From Lytechinus pictus (taxonomy: Eukaryota): a DNA stretch of 64,000 nt. The DNA lies in assembly GCF_037042905.1 (NCBI RefSeq), contig NC_087251.1:43712001-43776000 (forward strand), given 5' to 3'. Below the pieces are notes generated by a model. That model was not told the DNA's origin. It worked only from the letters and a program-made list of their open reading frames with translations, and did no database searches. Within the stretch, counting starts at the first letter, position 1. Each line of letters opens with the position of its first letter. The translations under genes were made by a program, and so were the position numbers. Below, in pieces: positions 1-15,286 of this stretch.

Positions 1-244
1 CAAATGAAACTATGAAACCCACTCATCTCTTGATTGTAACACCAATAAGACACTTGAATCAACTCTAGCCCGCAGGTAACAAAATGAACAGCGAGAGTAT
101 CTCTTTCCTAAATGAACCTCTTGTCATCGATTACGTTTTAAAATCAACTCTGCATATCTTTCTTGAGAAAATCTCTATTGGTCATTCTCACTTCTGGTGT
201 ATATGTATGATCAGCTCATCACTCCTTTTACTTCCTTCAGTAGC

Positions 245-943
245 TGTGGACCGTTTCGTGAAAGTTGTCAGCACTGACAATCTGTCTTTCTCTGACAGTT
301 ACTATAGTAACAGTCAGAGACCAGTGCTTCTTAGCCAATCAAAAGCAAGGATTTAACTAATTGTCAGCACTGACAATGTAGTCAGTGCTGACAACTTTCA
401 TGAAACACTCACCTGGTGGGTGTTTCATAAAGCTGTTCACAAGTTACAAATGTCTTAATGCACAACTGGTGACCCTTACTGACATAGCACCTATGAACAT
501 GTTCCAGTCCTGCATAAAATTGCTTGTAACTTTACAATAAGCTTTGAAAATACCCACCAGGAATGAAATATCCATCTTGAATGTTCAATGCTCACTCTCT
601 CACAGCTAAACATACCATGGCCAGACTGTCTAATTTAGGTATTACATTTCTAGGCATTAAAGTATCAGGGCCCCGTCTTACAAACAGTTACGATTGATCC
701 GATCAACCACAACTATGGAAAGTCAGCAAAGTCAACATCTAAATGTGTGTTTGTTCAAAATATTTTCTGAATGTGATGTATAATCATACATTCATTGTTT
801 TCTTGAAAATTCAGTGTGCTTCTCTTTGTTTAGAAAGGACATCATGCAGATTTCAAGAAGAAAACCAATGACATTGTTGGATTTCCATATAATTTAAGAT
901 GATCGGATGGATCGATCGCAACTCTTTGTAAGACAGGGCCCTG
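245..943. mobile_element. Cluster of three short palindromic MITEs (about 245-413, 416-557, 666-943; PIF/Harbinger-like)
   Basis: Each has its own inverted ends; the latter two families recur at 55486-55948. Confidence 0.75.
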
Positions 944-2246
944 ATGTGACTTTACAGTGCAGGGTAAGTATAACTCTCAGTATACAGTAAACCAGGAATA
1001 GCATAGATCTGTGTGCTTTATAATCTAAGTTAGATGTTAAAATACAGGAGACATATTCTTGCCTACAGTGTACATGTACATTAAAATTGACTAGTCTTTG
1101 AATGATGACAATGCTAAGAATCTTTCAAACTATGTTTTCAGGTGTTTTTGGAACATCGGTCACACACAGCAAATATACTAAAGAGAACATTTTTATGGAA
1201 CTATTGATAATTTTATTTAAAACAACTAAAAAAGTTTGTGAAAAGAAAAGCAATTTAGCAAGGCAACAATATTCAAAACTGACTAGTTTGCCTATTCTGA
1301 ACAACAATAACAATACGATAACAATGTTTTCATTCCGGGATAGCTTTGAAGCTGCTGAAAGGGATTTACTCTTCAAGGTTCAAGACTAGCCTACATAAAT
1401 TTCTAGTGAGAACCTTGAATGCAATTTTACATTGGCATACATGTACGATGCACAAATACACGTAGAGCACTAGAGCAGAGCTGCATATATTCTTGACATG
1501 TCAAGTATACCCATTCCTTGCTTTATCCCTCTTCCTTGCGAATATATCAATACCAGATTTTTATTACAAAGATTTCTAGGAAACCACTATCCGAGATAGT
1601 GAATCTACTTCAAAGTATTCATGTCAAACATGTTTGGTATAATAGAGGTGTCAGAGCAGTGAGTGACAATGTTTACTTGTGAATATGTCACGCTATATCT
1701 CCTATTCGCTGCGAGGCTATCATTCACACCCTATTACTGCTCCCGTATTAAGCAATCGTGCACAAGTTTTTCTCATCATGCTCAGTGGCATTTACCAAAT
1801 CGCTTTACTCCAACAGCCCCAACCCTCCCACCCCCCCCCCCCCCCGGCACACACCACACACAATTTTTCTTGTGATTTGAGTAAAGCTGAAGGATAGGCA
1901 TGGATGAAAATCAATCCAATCAAATTTTTCATGGAGAATGGTTTTATGCGGATATGTAATGCCAAAAGAGGTTCGAAAAAGAGTAGGGTCTTTATTATCA
2001 TTTCCATATTTATTCCATAAATGATTATTTAAAATGTAAATTGGATTCAGTGAGTATTCAAAGAGATTTTTCCGATCGATGGATTATGTCTTATAACATG
2101 AAATGAATACCAATTACTTTATAATAAATGCTGTTCTACATGTGTATTAATATAAAGCTAACTCTAATTTAACAAGCTATAGAATAAACAGGGATTTCCC
2201 TGCTAAACTTTATGAAAGCATAGTATCTATAAATTGTGAATTTATA

Positions 2247-2997
2247 AGAAGTGGAATGCCTCTGGCAGTCTCAGGTCTGTGTTACGCAATTCAATAAAAG
2301 TGCTAACTTGGAAAACAAGTTAGATGAATAAGTATTCACAAAAAACACCATTCACATATAAAATACAACATTCATTGACCCTAAATGACCTTTGACCTTG
2401 ACTATGTGACCTGAAACTTGTGCAAAATGGTCAGTAATTACTGATATACTTGATTTCTCTTACATTGTACATACATTGTCCAAGTCTTATGAAATAGATC
2501 CATATACTTTTAAAGTTATGATGACATTTCAAAAAACTTAAACTTGGTTATTAAGATTTTGATGTTGATACCCCAATTTGGTCAAATTTCATTGATTCTA
2601 TGACATTTGACCTTAATCATGTTAGATGAAACAAGGATAAGATGATCAGTGATACTTGATTACTATTACATATATGTCAAAATTTCATGAACTAGATCTA
2701 AAATCTTTCAAATTTATGAAGGAATTTTGAAAAATACCCCCAACATGATCAAAGTTCTTTGACCCTAGGTGACCTTTGACCAGAGCCATGTGACCTGAGA
2801 CTCGTGCAAGATGATCAGTGATAGTTGATTACCCTTACGTCCAAGTTTCATGAACTAGGTCCACAAACATGTACTTTTTCAGTTATGATGACATTTCAAA
2901 AACTTAACCTTGGCCAAGATTTCAATCTCGGCAATGCCGCCGTCGAAAAAGCGGCGCCTTTAGTCGTGATCTGCTACATGTATGCAGGCGAGACAAA
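2247..2997 (-). mobile_element. Same family as 51687-52685
   Basis: AAGTGGAATGCCTCTGGCAGTCTC...GCAGGCGAGACAAA, TGACCTTTGACC subrepeats. Confidence 0.8.
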
Positions 2998-3384
2998 TAC
3001 CAAACTTGAAACTCTAGTACACGGCATGATTTCCACTCAATTAGTGACAAGTACATGTATTAAGTGTAGAAAATGCATGGTAATGCTTTTAAATTCATCA
3101 ACTTCTCTTTAAATATATATATATATATATGCATGTACAGTACATGTATATCTACAAATTGGATTGATTCTTCAAGATTGTATTGCTTCACCATAAAGAA
3201 TTCAGCAAAAGTTTGAAGAAAAAATATTTTCATTTCATGTAACTGCACTAATAACCAGATGGGAGCAAGGCCAAAACCAACTACTTACATGTATGAAAGC
3301 AGAAATTATGAAGTCAAGACTAGTCTACTCTGTACATGTATGCATTATTAGGGAAAGGAAAGAATTTATATGCACCTTCTCATC

Positions 3385-3502
3385 AAATATTACATGCAAG
3401 TAATAGTTGGAATTGATGTTCAGGAAATATTACATGCAAGTAATAGTTGGAATTGATGTTCAGGTAATATTACATGCAAGTAATAGTTGGAATTGATGTT
3501 CA
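3385..3502. repeat. 40-bp tandem repeat x3
   Basis: TACATGCAAGTAATAGTTGGAATTGATGTTCA at 3391, 3431 and 3471. Confidence 0.95.
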
Positions 3503-3990
3503 AAACATCTGTCAGAAAAAAAGACTGCATTGTATTAAACAAGTCCATATCTTCTAAAGATAGTATACAAAGTTTGAATTTGATAATCAAACCATCTACA
3601 GGTATTAAAGTATTTCCTAATTGATCAAATTAAACACACCCCCCCCCCCAAGAAAAAAAAACACATAAACAAATTTGAAGCATTCTTCAGTAATTTTTGT
3701 ATGTTTTGTGCAATGAGTACATGACTGACTGAAACACCGTCCGACCGCCTGGATGTATAGATGGATGGACAGATGAATGAACGAATGGAGGAATGAACAG
3801 ATGAATGAATGAACAAATAAATGACTGGATAAACGAATGAAATAATAATTAAATAAACTGATAGATCATTTAATAGATCTAGGAATCAATAAATAAATGA
3901 AACCACAACTGCGTGCATACATGAATTTATTGATCAGGATCTACATGTACACAGAGGTAAATCACCTGTTTTATCTTCAATTCTTTTTAA

Positions 3991-4576
3991 AGGAGAATAA
4001 AACCTTTGAAATAAGATAGCTTGTGTGAAAACAGAAAAATCAAAGAAACAGATCAACGAAAGTTTGAGAAAAATCGGACAAATAATGAGAAAGTTATGAG
4101 CATTTGAATATTGCGATCACTAATGCTATGGAGATCCTCAAATTGGCAATGCGACAAAGATGCGTGATGTCACTTGTGAACAACTCTCCCTATTACTTTA
4201 GTATATATTTCACTTGAATTGCCTCTTTTATCACATCTATCAGTAGATCATGTATTCTTTTTATATAGGAGGGCACGTAATACATATTTTTAAAGAATAC
4301 ATCATGGATAAAGAGTTTGTATCACCATAAAAAAAGCAAAAAGAGACATTTTGAGGGTATTTTATAGTCCATCAAAGGGAAAGTTGTTCACATGTGACAT
4401 CACACATCCTTGTCGCATTGCCAATGGGAGGATCTCCATAGCATTAGTGATTGCAATATTCAAATGCTCATAACTTTCTCATTGTTTGTCCGATTTTTCT
4501 CAAACTTTCTTTGTTCTTATTCTTTGATTTTTCTGTTTCGACACAAGCCTACTTGTTCCAAAGGTTTCATTTCCCT
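3991..4576. mobile_element. TTAA-flanked palindromic MITE, family K1 (Kolobok/ANGEL-like)
   Basis: TTAA|AGG...CCT|TTAA, long imperfect TIRs; relatives at 10278, 36895 and 58180. Confidence 0.9.
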
Positions 4577-5166
4577 TTAAGTCCCCTACAACAGAAAAAG
4601 AAATAAAAACAAAACAAAACCAAATCCTATTTACAATACATGAAATTCCCATGCATAGTAATTGAACATCAATAATGCCATTTCCATTAATGTATTGTAA
4701 ATTAAGCCTTATTGAAATATCAAACAACCCTGTGAGGTTACAATCCAAATGCCAAATCTAAGATTCATTAAAATTGTGTAACAGAATGTCTTGGCTTTGA
4801 AAACACACTTACCACGTAATCTCAAACATTTGGCATTCAAATAATAAACAATCAAGGCATGTAAAAAAGAAAATGAAGTTGGCATGTGCATATACAGACT
4901 GCCTAAAATATGCAACCAGGGTTGTTTCATGCATGCCTAGGGCATTGGTAAAAGGTCACACACAGTCTTGGTTCCCCCAACATGCTCATAATTTAGTGAT
5001 GTTGATGATAAAAGCAAGACTACAGCTAGAGCTTGTTGCAGTATATTTCCAATTTATACTCTCAATACTCACATGTAACTTAATAGTATCATGCAATATA
5101 TTACATGTATGTTGGTAACTGACACACATTAATCATACATGTATATACAATGTATTCCATCTTTAA

Positions 5167-5716
5167 CCTTTTGATCCAGAACCGGCCTCGTAGTGAATTT
5201 GCAAATAGCCAATAGGAAGGAATACCGTCCTGAAGCCATATGACATAAAAAATGGATTCGAAATGTCAGGTGATCTTTTAAACATAACGTCATCTTTCAA
5301 GTACAGTGTACGTGTAGGAATATCAGCCAATAATTTCAGTCAAGATTGGTATTCATTTTGGAAGGTTTTAGAATAAAATGTACTCCACTGCGGAGGAGTG
5401 ATATGTGGTAATACACTGCATAATACGCAACGAGTCATGACTAGTATGGGTAAGCTATGGAGTATGGATAAAATCTTACTTCAGTCAAAGCAGTGATTTT
5501 GAGCCTAAAACAGACACTAAAGATGAAAAGACCTGTAGACTAGGTCTAAAAAAAGCTTAACAGCTTAAGCCGGGTTGGGCTACCATGTAGACTAGCAGGG
5601 AAAATTATGCCACTGGTACTCGAATCATGGGAGTTTATGAAGGTGATGTGGTCGATATGTGCAAATAATTCACGATATGGGTAATGATTGCCCAAAATAA
5701 TTCAGGGTTCAAAGGG
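5167..5716. mobile_element. Degenerate piggyBac-like MITE
   Basis: TTAA|CCTTTTGA...TCAAAGGG|TTAT. Confidence 0.55.
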
Positions 5717-7840
5717 TTATACTGGGGACAACATTTACTCTTTATTTTGAACTACAATTTTTAGAAAAACCAAATAATACAATGCAAAATGCAAATTGAA
5801 TATTCAAATGTTCTTGAAAAATACTATCTTCATTTTATCTTATCAATAATTGGTTTTCACAACTTAAATGTATTTGACCTGATTTTTTAATAAATATTTT
5901 CAAACTTTAACAATAATTACAGCAACTGTAAGAAACAACAAATTTCTGCATAATATATGAGCCTCCGCATACACTCATTTTACTCAAATTTTTTGTTTGT
6001 CTCCTTTTTATATTTCTAAAGTTTATTATAAAAAACAACAAAAGAGTAAAGATAATTTCTATGGGACCCTGAAATACATGATTTTGTTTTTCAATATTAA
6101 ACCCACTCAGCCTTTTTTTCATAAGAGCTACAATTACAATGTATGGAATAATAACTTGATCTCAGGAAAAAAATATCATTAACAAACACAAAACTAAGAA
6201 AAGAAACTCGAACAAATTGCTTACATTGTACATGTACGAATATTAAATGAATCTTTAACTGATGCATTTGGAATATATCTAATTCAATTTGTGCGGTTCA
6301 CATTACCATCAACTGCCAAGAGCAAAATGAACTTTCCATCATGAGAGAATGTCAATTACTTCATCTATAAGTAAACAGCTCCAAACTGTGTAGCTAATGA
6401 GTTCTGAAGTACTCCACATGTAAATTGATCAAGGAGCTTCGTTAAACATGATTATGATGTAAAATGAGCGATAAGTCATTGAGCTTTCCTGCGATCTTCG
6501 CACCGTGGCGTGAGGAGAATGCCTACATGTACGCTGCGGTTTTGAATTTCGCGCGAAACTGAGAGCGTACCCATATCAACAAGATCGCTTTCGGTGAAGC
6601 CGTTTTGAAAACCACTTTCAGGTGTAAAAATGGGAACGCGATCTTCCAAACTGGTTTCCTGAATCGGTTTCCAGCAAACTACATGTACTTTTTAGGTTAG
6701 TAATGAGAAGTGAGAACAGTCTTTTTTTTGCACCTGCTGGGATAAACTCTAGTTGGATGAGTATGTATGTAGTCTCTCTCTCCAAAATCTTCATCAACAT
6801 TTCATCACTTTTGAAATATTTACTACCCTGGGTATGCCAAGCAAGTACAATATAGTGGGGTTTTGTTTTAGAGCTAAAGCAATAACAGTCTCATCATTAG
6901 CTTGAAATTGTTGAAACAACCCAATCAGGCCTACTGAAGAAATAAAGTCCTTAAAGGGGGGTTCACACTGACAAAGAATTTGTAAAATTGACTTTGATAA
7001 ATCAAAAAACAACAATTGAAATGCATTAGTGTAAATGTAGGTTTGGCAAAAAACTGTAAAGAATAACAGAGCCAGAGATTTATGAATTTTCAAGTTTTGA
7101 TAGGACACCACAAAACAAGCAGCTTCCCCCATATGTATATTCCATAAAATGTAATTTTCTTATGAAATGAAAATGTTATACATTCATAATATCATCAGAC
7201 ACATCCTATCACACCCCCTTCAATTGAAATGAAAAAAAATTATTCATAATGAACCATTAAAATAAACAATTGGTAGATAACACACTACGAGATATGAGGG
7301 GCAACTGCTGGCATATGACATTGTACATTAAAAAAATAAAAATGAATTTTCATCTTAACCTTCACATATTTTTTTTCTGCTTTTATCTTTAGGGTGCAAC
7401 GTCCAATTTATTTTCAAAATCATGTTTCCTGGCCTTAGCAAAGTTGGGCAATTAAAACTTTTGCATCAAATACCACATTGGGAGCTTTAAGGTCCTAGTT
7501 GCCAGGAGCATACATGTATATACATTGTAGACTGGTATCATCAATTTTTATTTGGAGCTATTAACACAAAAGCGCATCTTCATCTGCAAATAAGCAGGCT
7601 AGTTCGCCAAGTACTAGTTTATACACCATTTCCAAATTGAAACCCAAATGACTTTGGCTTGTAAAATACTGGTAATCTCCAACTGAGAGCTACAAAAAAG
7701 CCAGCTTATTGCACACCATTATTAAAAGTTAGCTGAGATGTAGATCTGAAGAAATGTGATAACTAAATTAATGTTCATGATATAACAAAATGCCAATTGA
7801 TATGAAATGTACAGGTTTGAAAAAAGTTTAAATTTTCCTT

Positions 7841-8445
7841 AACAAGTGGAATGCCTCTAGCGGTCTCACCTGCATCACGCGATTCAATATGGCAGCAGTG
7901 CTGGCTTTGAAAACTACTATAAAATAATTATTCACAAAAAAACATTCATATAATGATACAATACTACGTTCATTGATATTTGACCTTAATCATGTGACCT
8001 AAAACTTGTCAGTGATACTTGATTACCCCTACATGTATATCCACATTTTATACACTATATCTATAGGCTTTGAAAGTTATGACAGCAATCTAATAATTAC
8101 CTCTAAAATGGCCAAAGTTCAATGACCTTAAATGACCTTTGACTTTCGTTATGTGACCTGAAACTCGCATGAGATGTTCAGTGATACTTGATGACTCTTA
8201 TGTCCTAGTTTTATGAACTAGACCAATATACTTACAGAGTTATGATGGTAATTCAACAAATACCCCCAACATGGCCAAAGTCCATTGACCTTTGACCTTG
8301 GTCATGTGAACTGAAAATCGCACAAGATGTTCATTGATACTTGGTTTAATACTCTTATGTCCACGTTTTATGAACTAGACCAATACACTTACACGGATAT
8401 GATGGTAATTCAAAAATACCCCCAACATGGCCAAAGTTAATTAAC
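7841..8445 (-). mobile_element. Truncated copy of the 51687-52685 family (another fragment at about 9812-10035)
   Basis: Near-collinear reverse complement of about 52080-52685. Confidence 0.85.
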
Positions 8446-10277
8446 TCTTTTAGAGTTTTGACAACCTTATTACGTTACGTACGTAACGTGCCCTATCTTA
8501 AAAAAGAGATCCTTTTTACATATATTTGTTTGGTCACGCATAGTATCCACTCGTCAATGGAAGTGCCCCCCCCCCCCTATACATGCACATATACATAGGC
8601 CAGAAGGTTTTAGAAGTCCTTTCAAGACTATTCAACACATTTAACCTTGTACCACAGTCCTATTCTTAAAGAAATTGTGGGGGAATTGGATACTGAAAAC
8701 GATAACAAATAAAACAGAAAAGACTTTGCTTCAAAACATTCAGGCCTACAGCCCCTTTCACAATCGGTGGTGATACTGCTTACAACCGTTGCGATTCTGT
8801 GCAACATACATTGTGACCAAATGATCGCAAACGATCGCACGAGCAATTGTGAAAGCCCCTTAAAGGAGGGATGACCACAGGTCTGCACATAATACAGCTG
8901 TCTATTATCATTCCAACCATGTCATCTCCATTATTTACCTCGGCACTCTTCAATGACTTCTTTACAATAATACTTTTGAGATCAGGGGTGATCTTTTCGT
9001 CAGAATTGTCCTTCATTCAATCAACTGAATAATAATCAATTGATACACATGCTGCTGACATCAGTGACTGGCTACAATGCAATGGCACTCACACTATTGT
9101 CTACTTATTCATAACAGGTTCCCTTGCTTCAGTATACAGCACAGATAAATAGGTCGCTGACTTGAAATAGCTGGTGCGGTACCCTAAATTTTATGTCTTT
9201 AATTGTCAGCGTACCTAGGTAGAGATTACAAAGTAATAGACAGATATCTCCCTTTGATAAAAATTTAAAAAAATATTTAACAATACATGGACATTCCGCA
9301 CCTACAATTCTAAAGCCTGCAATCCCTAAACATGTGTGATATTTTATTTTCTACAACTAGATATTAAACCTGAAGGCATCTTCATTGGAAAAACGTGTAG
9401 ATACTTTAATACAAAAAGAATTTCCATAATGATGCATGTTCCATCCTTTCAATTCATGGGAGAAAAGGGGAATTTGCATAGGAATGAAAGATTGTTTCAT
9501 CATCATAATCATCGTCAGAGTTAAAGTCTGTTTTTCCCACTTTGTGGAATTGGATAGTTCATTTCCTTGATGGCTCTTCTCCCTACAGTCCTGTTATTTG
9601 GGTCAATGTGGGCACTGTGTCTGACGCTTTTCTGGTTGTATCGTAATATTTCATCAATGGCAGGATTGAGAATAATCATAGAACATAGAAACTTAGAAAG
9701 AGAATACAAAGACACACTCGCCTAACAAGATTTGAGCCACAAATGCTGGCTTTCATGACTACGGTACCTATTTTTTTTTTGTTTTTTTTTTATACATGTA
9801 CACTGTACAACAACATGGCCAAATCTCACTGACCTCAAATGACCTGCAACTTATGTCAAATGCTCAGCAACATGTACATGTATACCCTCTGTCTATGTTT
9901 CATGAAATACAATACTTTTATTAAAGTTATTCACAAACTTAAACCTGAGGTTAAGATTTTAATAATGACACCACACCGCCATCATTGCTTGGAAAAAGTG
10001 GCGTCTATCTCGCTTCTGCTGTGCAGGCGAGAAGTATAATGGATGGCGAGATATATTTTTTGAACTAATGCAAAGTGTACTATGTACATTTTGATTTTTG
10101 AACCATTTTTTTTCCATCAGCCAATTCCTATTTGAATAAAAGTATCTCTGTTTCAAATCATGAATGAATAGTCATCTTTCATGTCCACTCAATGGAAAAA
10201 ATAACAGCATAATTCAGATAAGAGCCTTTATAAACAAATCATAAAATGATTGAGACAATATACTTTGATAGCATTAA

Positions 10278-10861
10278 AGGAGAATGAAACCCTTGAAACC
10301 AGCTGAATCCATATCAAAGAGAAAAATCAAAGAAACATATTGTTGAAAGTTTGAGGAAGATTGAATGAATAATACGAAAGTTATGAGCATTTGAATATCG
10401 AGATCACTAATGCCATGTAGTTCCTCCCATTGGCAATGCGACCAAGATCTGTGATGTCACACACGTACAACTCCCTCATTACTTTAGTACTTATTTCACT
10501 TATATTCTCACTTTTATAGAGTCTGTCACAAGGTGAGGTGTTCTCTTTATGAGAGGACAGGTACAGGGGTTTCACAACATTATATCATTGATGAATCATT
10601 TGTCATATGATTAGAATGAGCAAAAAGAGATGTTTTGAGGTATATTTTCAGTGTCCAAAAGGGGAGAGTTGTTCATCTGTGACATCATAGATTTTGGTCG
10701 CATTGCCAATGGGAGGATCTCCATAGCTTTAGTGATCTCGACATTCAAATGCTCATAACTCTTCTATTGCTTGTCCTATTTTACTCAAACTTTTGTTGAT
10801 CTTATTCTTTGATTTTTCTGCTTTCACAAAAGCTAACTTGCTCCAAGAGTTTCTTTCTCCT
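10278..10861. mobile_element. MITE family K1 (subfamily)
   Basis: TTAA TSD, AGGAGAA...TTCTCCT termini. Confidence 0.88.
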
Positions 10862-11493
10862 TTAATCATTTTTTGCAGGTATGTTTAGTGTAAAATACAT
10901 GTACGATATATTTCATTATTCCTTAGATACCATTTGAATGGAATAAATTTATGTACATGTACTTTACAACTCATATAACAGATACACTGTACATGTAGCT
11001 GCCTTTTTAATAGCTGGGACTTGCTCTACTCTAGCCTTGTTAAAAAAAAATGGGCTACAATCAATTACCTCAACTTTGCACCAGAAAAGAGGATAATAGT
11101 ATTGATCATTTGGCGTTTGAAAACAGGAATTATTGGCTCTAATTCTGCTTCTTTCATGAGGAAAACCACACTGAGGAAGTGCGTAAACAATAGGATTTTG
11201 TAGGCGAGTGAGTGGTTGGCCGGATACAGACACCATTCTGCCTCACTTAGTAAGGAACTATTTATAACATGGCCGATAAAGAACAGGGCTTTAACTCCTA
11301 CAGCGGTTCTTGACACACTTTTTATACAACTTGAGGGCTATTGAGTCGGCAACATGACAAACGATAGTCCTTGATAGGATGAACAATCAATGTGTCCAAG
11401 GGATTCATACATACACCTGCGGGATCATATATCTTTTGTCACCTTTTGATTTTGAGTTCAAATCATAAAACAAAATATGTGCCATGTCTTTAA

Positions 11494-12098
11494 AGGTCAA
11501 GTCCATCCCAGAAAAATGTTGATATATATAAGTAGAGAAAAATCAAACAAGAATAGCACTGAAAATTTCATCAAAATCTGATTTAAAATAAGAAAGTTAT
11601 GACATTTTAAAGTTTCGCTTATTTTTCACAAAACAGTTATATGCACAACTCAGTGACATGCAAATGAGAGAATCGAAGATGTCTCTCACTATTTCTTTTG
11701 TTTTTTATTGTTTGAATTATACAATATTTCAATTTTTACAGATATTTGACAATAAGCACCAACTTGACTGAACCATAAATAAATTGTTAAAACAATGGTA
11801 ATTCCACATATTCAGAGAGAAAGAAAACTCTGTTTCACAGAGAAAGCGGAAAAAATAGAATATTTCATATATCATATAATAAAATACAAAAGAAATAGTG
11901 AGTGGATGATGTCATCAGTCCCCTCATTTGCATACTGACAAGGATGTGCATGTAACTGTTTTTGTGAAATTAACTGAAACTTCAAAATGTCATAACTTTC
12001 TTAAATACATCTGATTTTTATGAAATTTTCAGTGCTATGATTGTTGGATTTTTCTTTTCTTTTTTCAAACAACTTTTTATTAGGGTGGACTTGTCCTT
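11494..12098. mobile_element. TTAA MITE family K2 (Kolobok-like)
   Basis: AGGTCAAGTCCA...TGGACTTGTCCT termini at TTAA. Confidence 0.88.
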
Positions 12099-14389
12099 TT
12101 AAAGCAGATAATTAACACATTCTGTAAGAATCTGGATTGTCCCAAAGAATAAGGATCCAGTGTATTGTTTGTTGATGTCAATATATATGGAAGAGCGGAC
12201 TCTTAAAGGTCACTGGGACTAAAAGATCCACCTTTCTACCTGCTTGAATCCTTCATACTGAATTATTCAATATTAGACTATGCGTGAATTGCTGATATCC
12301 AAAAATGTCAGATTGAAGTCCACAGTAATCATGTTTTTGTTATCTGTTCTAAGCTTAAATAGTTTTGAAAGGAATAAACAGATCTGCCAAGTTCATTGGT
12401 TAGAAGGAAAATAAACTGCTTTGTTCTGCCTTTGATACCAAGGAGACAACAAAAAATGTGACAGATAGAATGTGAAAATTTCATCTTAATTTCCCCTTAT
12501 GGGCACCAAATCTCTTTTGGTTTACAATTCTTTGATATTTTATCAAATATTCAAACTATTACTGACAAATATGACTCTACTTGACTACCCCCCCCCCCCT
12601 CCATAGTTCAATGTACACCAGAGGGTGTCATTTTCACGAGTTTCAGGATAAATTTATTCTCTGTTTCTCTCTACTGCCGCCTGCTGAGTTATATGTGTCT
12701 ACTCAAATTTACCTGGTTATAAATTATGAAAAATGAAACCTTGAAAACATGTGTCGTATAAGCCTTCAGAGGTCAAGGCAATACAAGTGCACATATACCC
12801 TATGGATTCCAAGATATTTTTCTAGCAGGGAATGTTAATAGTGAGAGAACTATGCATTTCATGTATAGACAGTGCATGCATTCTGGAGAAAGCTTGTTCT
12901 ATCATCTGTATCACAAAAGCAAAGAAATCTTTAATAGCTTGAGGAATGAGGAATAATGGAAAAAATACAATAAAAAATCTTAAGGGTTATATTTCTTGAT
13001 GAGTATTGCAGTAGAAGCTTTGGCATAAAATTGATTAAATAGAGATTACAATGTACATGTACATGTACAGTTGTGTTCATAGTGAACCCAACCAAAAATG
13101 CACTCCTTCATGCTGAGTGTTGATGTAGGCCAATATGTAGACAAGAATCTCCCTGTATAGAATCTACACAAGGACATGCATATCGTCACACGAACAGAAA
13201 CCTTATTGCGGGCCTTATTAGTTATGCACATGAGTGACTCTTTGTATGTACATGTATACCCAAGCACAAGTCTCAATATTTATATTTCACCTATTTTAGT
13301 TTCTTAACCAATTGTCATCAAACAAATGTAACAGATGTTTGAATTTTACAATGTACATGTAGGATCTAACATCAATAGGCATTCATTTCCATTGAGCTGA
13401 AAAAGTACACATACATGCATACATGTGTACACTTGAATATATCCAAATCACAATTCTTCCAATTCTGAACAATGACTTTAAGTGTATGGTGCTCTAAAAT
13501 TGATTAATTCCTCATTATACTTTATGACATGACTATGAATTTATATCTTGAATGGTCTCGCCCAACCAGCACAGAAGATTTTTGACCACCACTCATCATG
13601 AAAAACACTGCTTCCATCCATCACTAATTTCAAATGAAAAGTAATTTAAAACTAAATCCTTGCAAAGAGGAATTGCACTTGTGTTCATGTCCATCTTTAA
13701 GTTTAATCTTATTTTGATTGCATATTTTACATTAAACTCTCTTATATTTTGATAAATATTAGTTCATTTTCAAATTTTTGCTAATGTCAGATTTTCATTA
13801 CAATGATGTTCCTTCACTTTGGGCTTTTAAGACCACTAACTCGGCCTGAAGAAAACTTTTGTAATGCCGTGAAATAGCGACCACCAATGGGTCTAGCTAA
13901 CACTTTTTTAAAGCATACTGTCCAATTCACTTTTGCAATACATTTCAAGCAGAATAATGACAATAATTTTCTTTAACTATTTTTAAAGAATTTTTAATGA
14001 TTTATTTATTTATTCATATTTATTTATTGATAGACTGACATATCAATCATTTTCCTAAAGCATGCACAGTACATACAGCAATAGCATTTGGCCTGTGCAG
14101 TACTTTCAATCCATCACTTTAATAATTGAAGAGCATTTTCGTTTGCCGTACTAAGGGATGTCCTAACTTATTTTCTGATTGTACTACAAGTAATTCAAGA
14201 TATTTTTTTATTTCATTCCATTCAAATTAGATGGTTCATAAAATGTGCATAATTACCCTACAACATTTAAGCATTAATTCAAGTAAGAATATATTCATGC
14301 TGTTCTATTGTGTACCGGTATTTTAATTTTTTGTGTGTCCACATTATTACCATGAACACATTTTTTTTTCAATTACACACATATTTTAA

Positions 14390-14962
14390 AGGACAAGTCC
14401 ACCCCAACAAAAAGTTGATTTGAATAAAAAGAGAAAAATCAAACAAACATAACACTGAAATTTCACCAAAATCAGACGTAAAATAAGAAAGTTTTGTTCA
14501 ATTTCACTAAACAGTTATAGGCACATCCTGGTCTTATGCAAATGAGGGGACTGATGACATCACTCACTATTTCTAGATTGTGTTTTATTATATGAAATAT
14601 TCTAACTTTCGCCTCATTGTCTTTTGAAAAAAAGTTTTATGCCTCCCTGAACATGTGGAATTACCATCGTTTTAACATTTTACAGTTCAGTCATGTTGGC
14701 CCTTATTGTCAAATCTGTAAAATATGAAATATTGTTTAATTCAAACAATGAAAAAAAAAAGTAATAGTGAGGAACATCATTGAATTTATCATTTGCATGT
14801 CACCGAGATGTGCATACATGTACAACTAAAAATTAAGCCAAACTTTAAAATGTCATACCGGTAACTTTCTTATTTTACATCAAATTTTGATGAAATTTTC
14901 AGCATTATGCTTGTTTTTTCTGTAGTTATTCAAATCATTTTTTTCTGGGGTAGACCTGACCT
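14390..14962. mobile_element. MITE family K2
   Basis: AGGACAAGTCCACCCC...GGGGTAGACCTGACCT. Confidence 0.85.
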
Positions 14963-15199
14963 TCAAAAATGCTCACATACAGTACCTGCATAATATGTCA
15001 CCACTGTGCATGAAATCTAACTATGAAATTGATGTTTACAATACACTTCCATAATTCATACTCCTGGCACCTAATCTGAATATCTGATATAAATGATTTT
15101 CTCTTTAATTCTGTAAACTGTACTGCTAAATGACAAGTCTGAAAACATATGAAACATGTCTTTCTGCTATAAAATGGTGTAACATTTGAGAGTACTTAC

Positions 15200-15286
15200 C
15201 CCATCTTCGTATCTGTCGAACATCGCCCCATTTTTAAGGGGTTCTGGAACACAGACTTGCCACTGAAATACATATTGCTTAGCCAT
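15200..15286 (-). CDS. PLCB4: Phospholipase C beta-4/norpA-like, first coding exon (absent from the ORF track)
   Basis: Strong Kozak context CCCACCATGG; MAKQYVFQWQVCVPEPLKNGAMFDRYEDG then GTAAGT donor (phase 0); closely resembles the recalled PLCB4 N-terminus [28 protein letters not shown]. Only 29 codons visible; next exon not found in 1-15199. Confidence 0.82.

Noticed and set aside
1..15199. Second coding exon of the PLCB4-like gene (expected VDE.GFF..W-like peptide)
   Set aside because: No matching minus-strand exon found by eye; probably beyond the left edge, though a diverged short exon could have been missed
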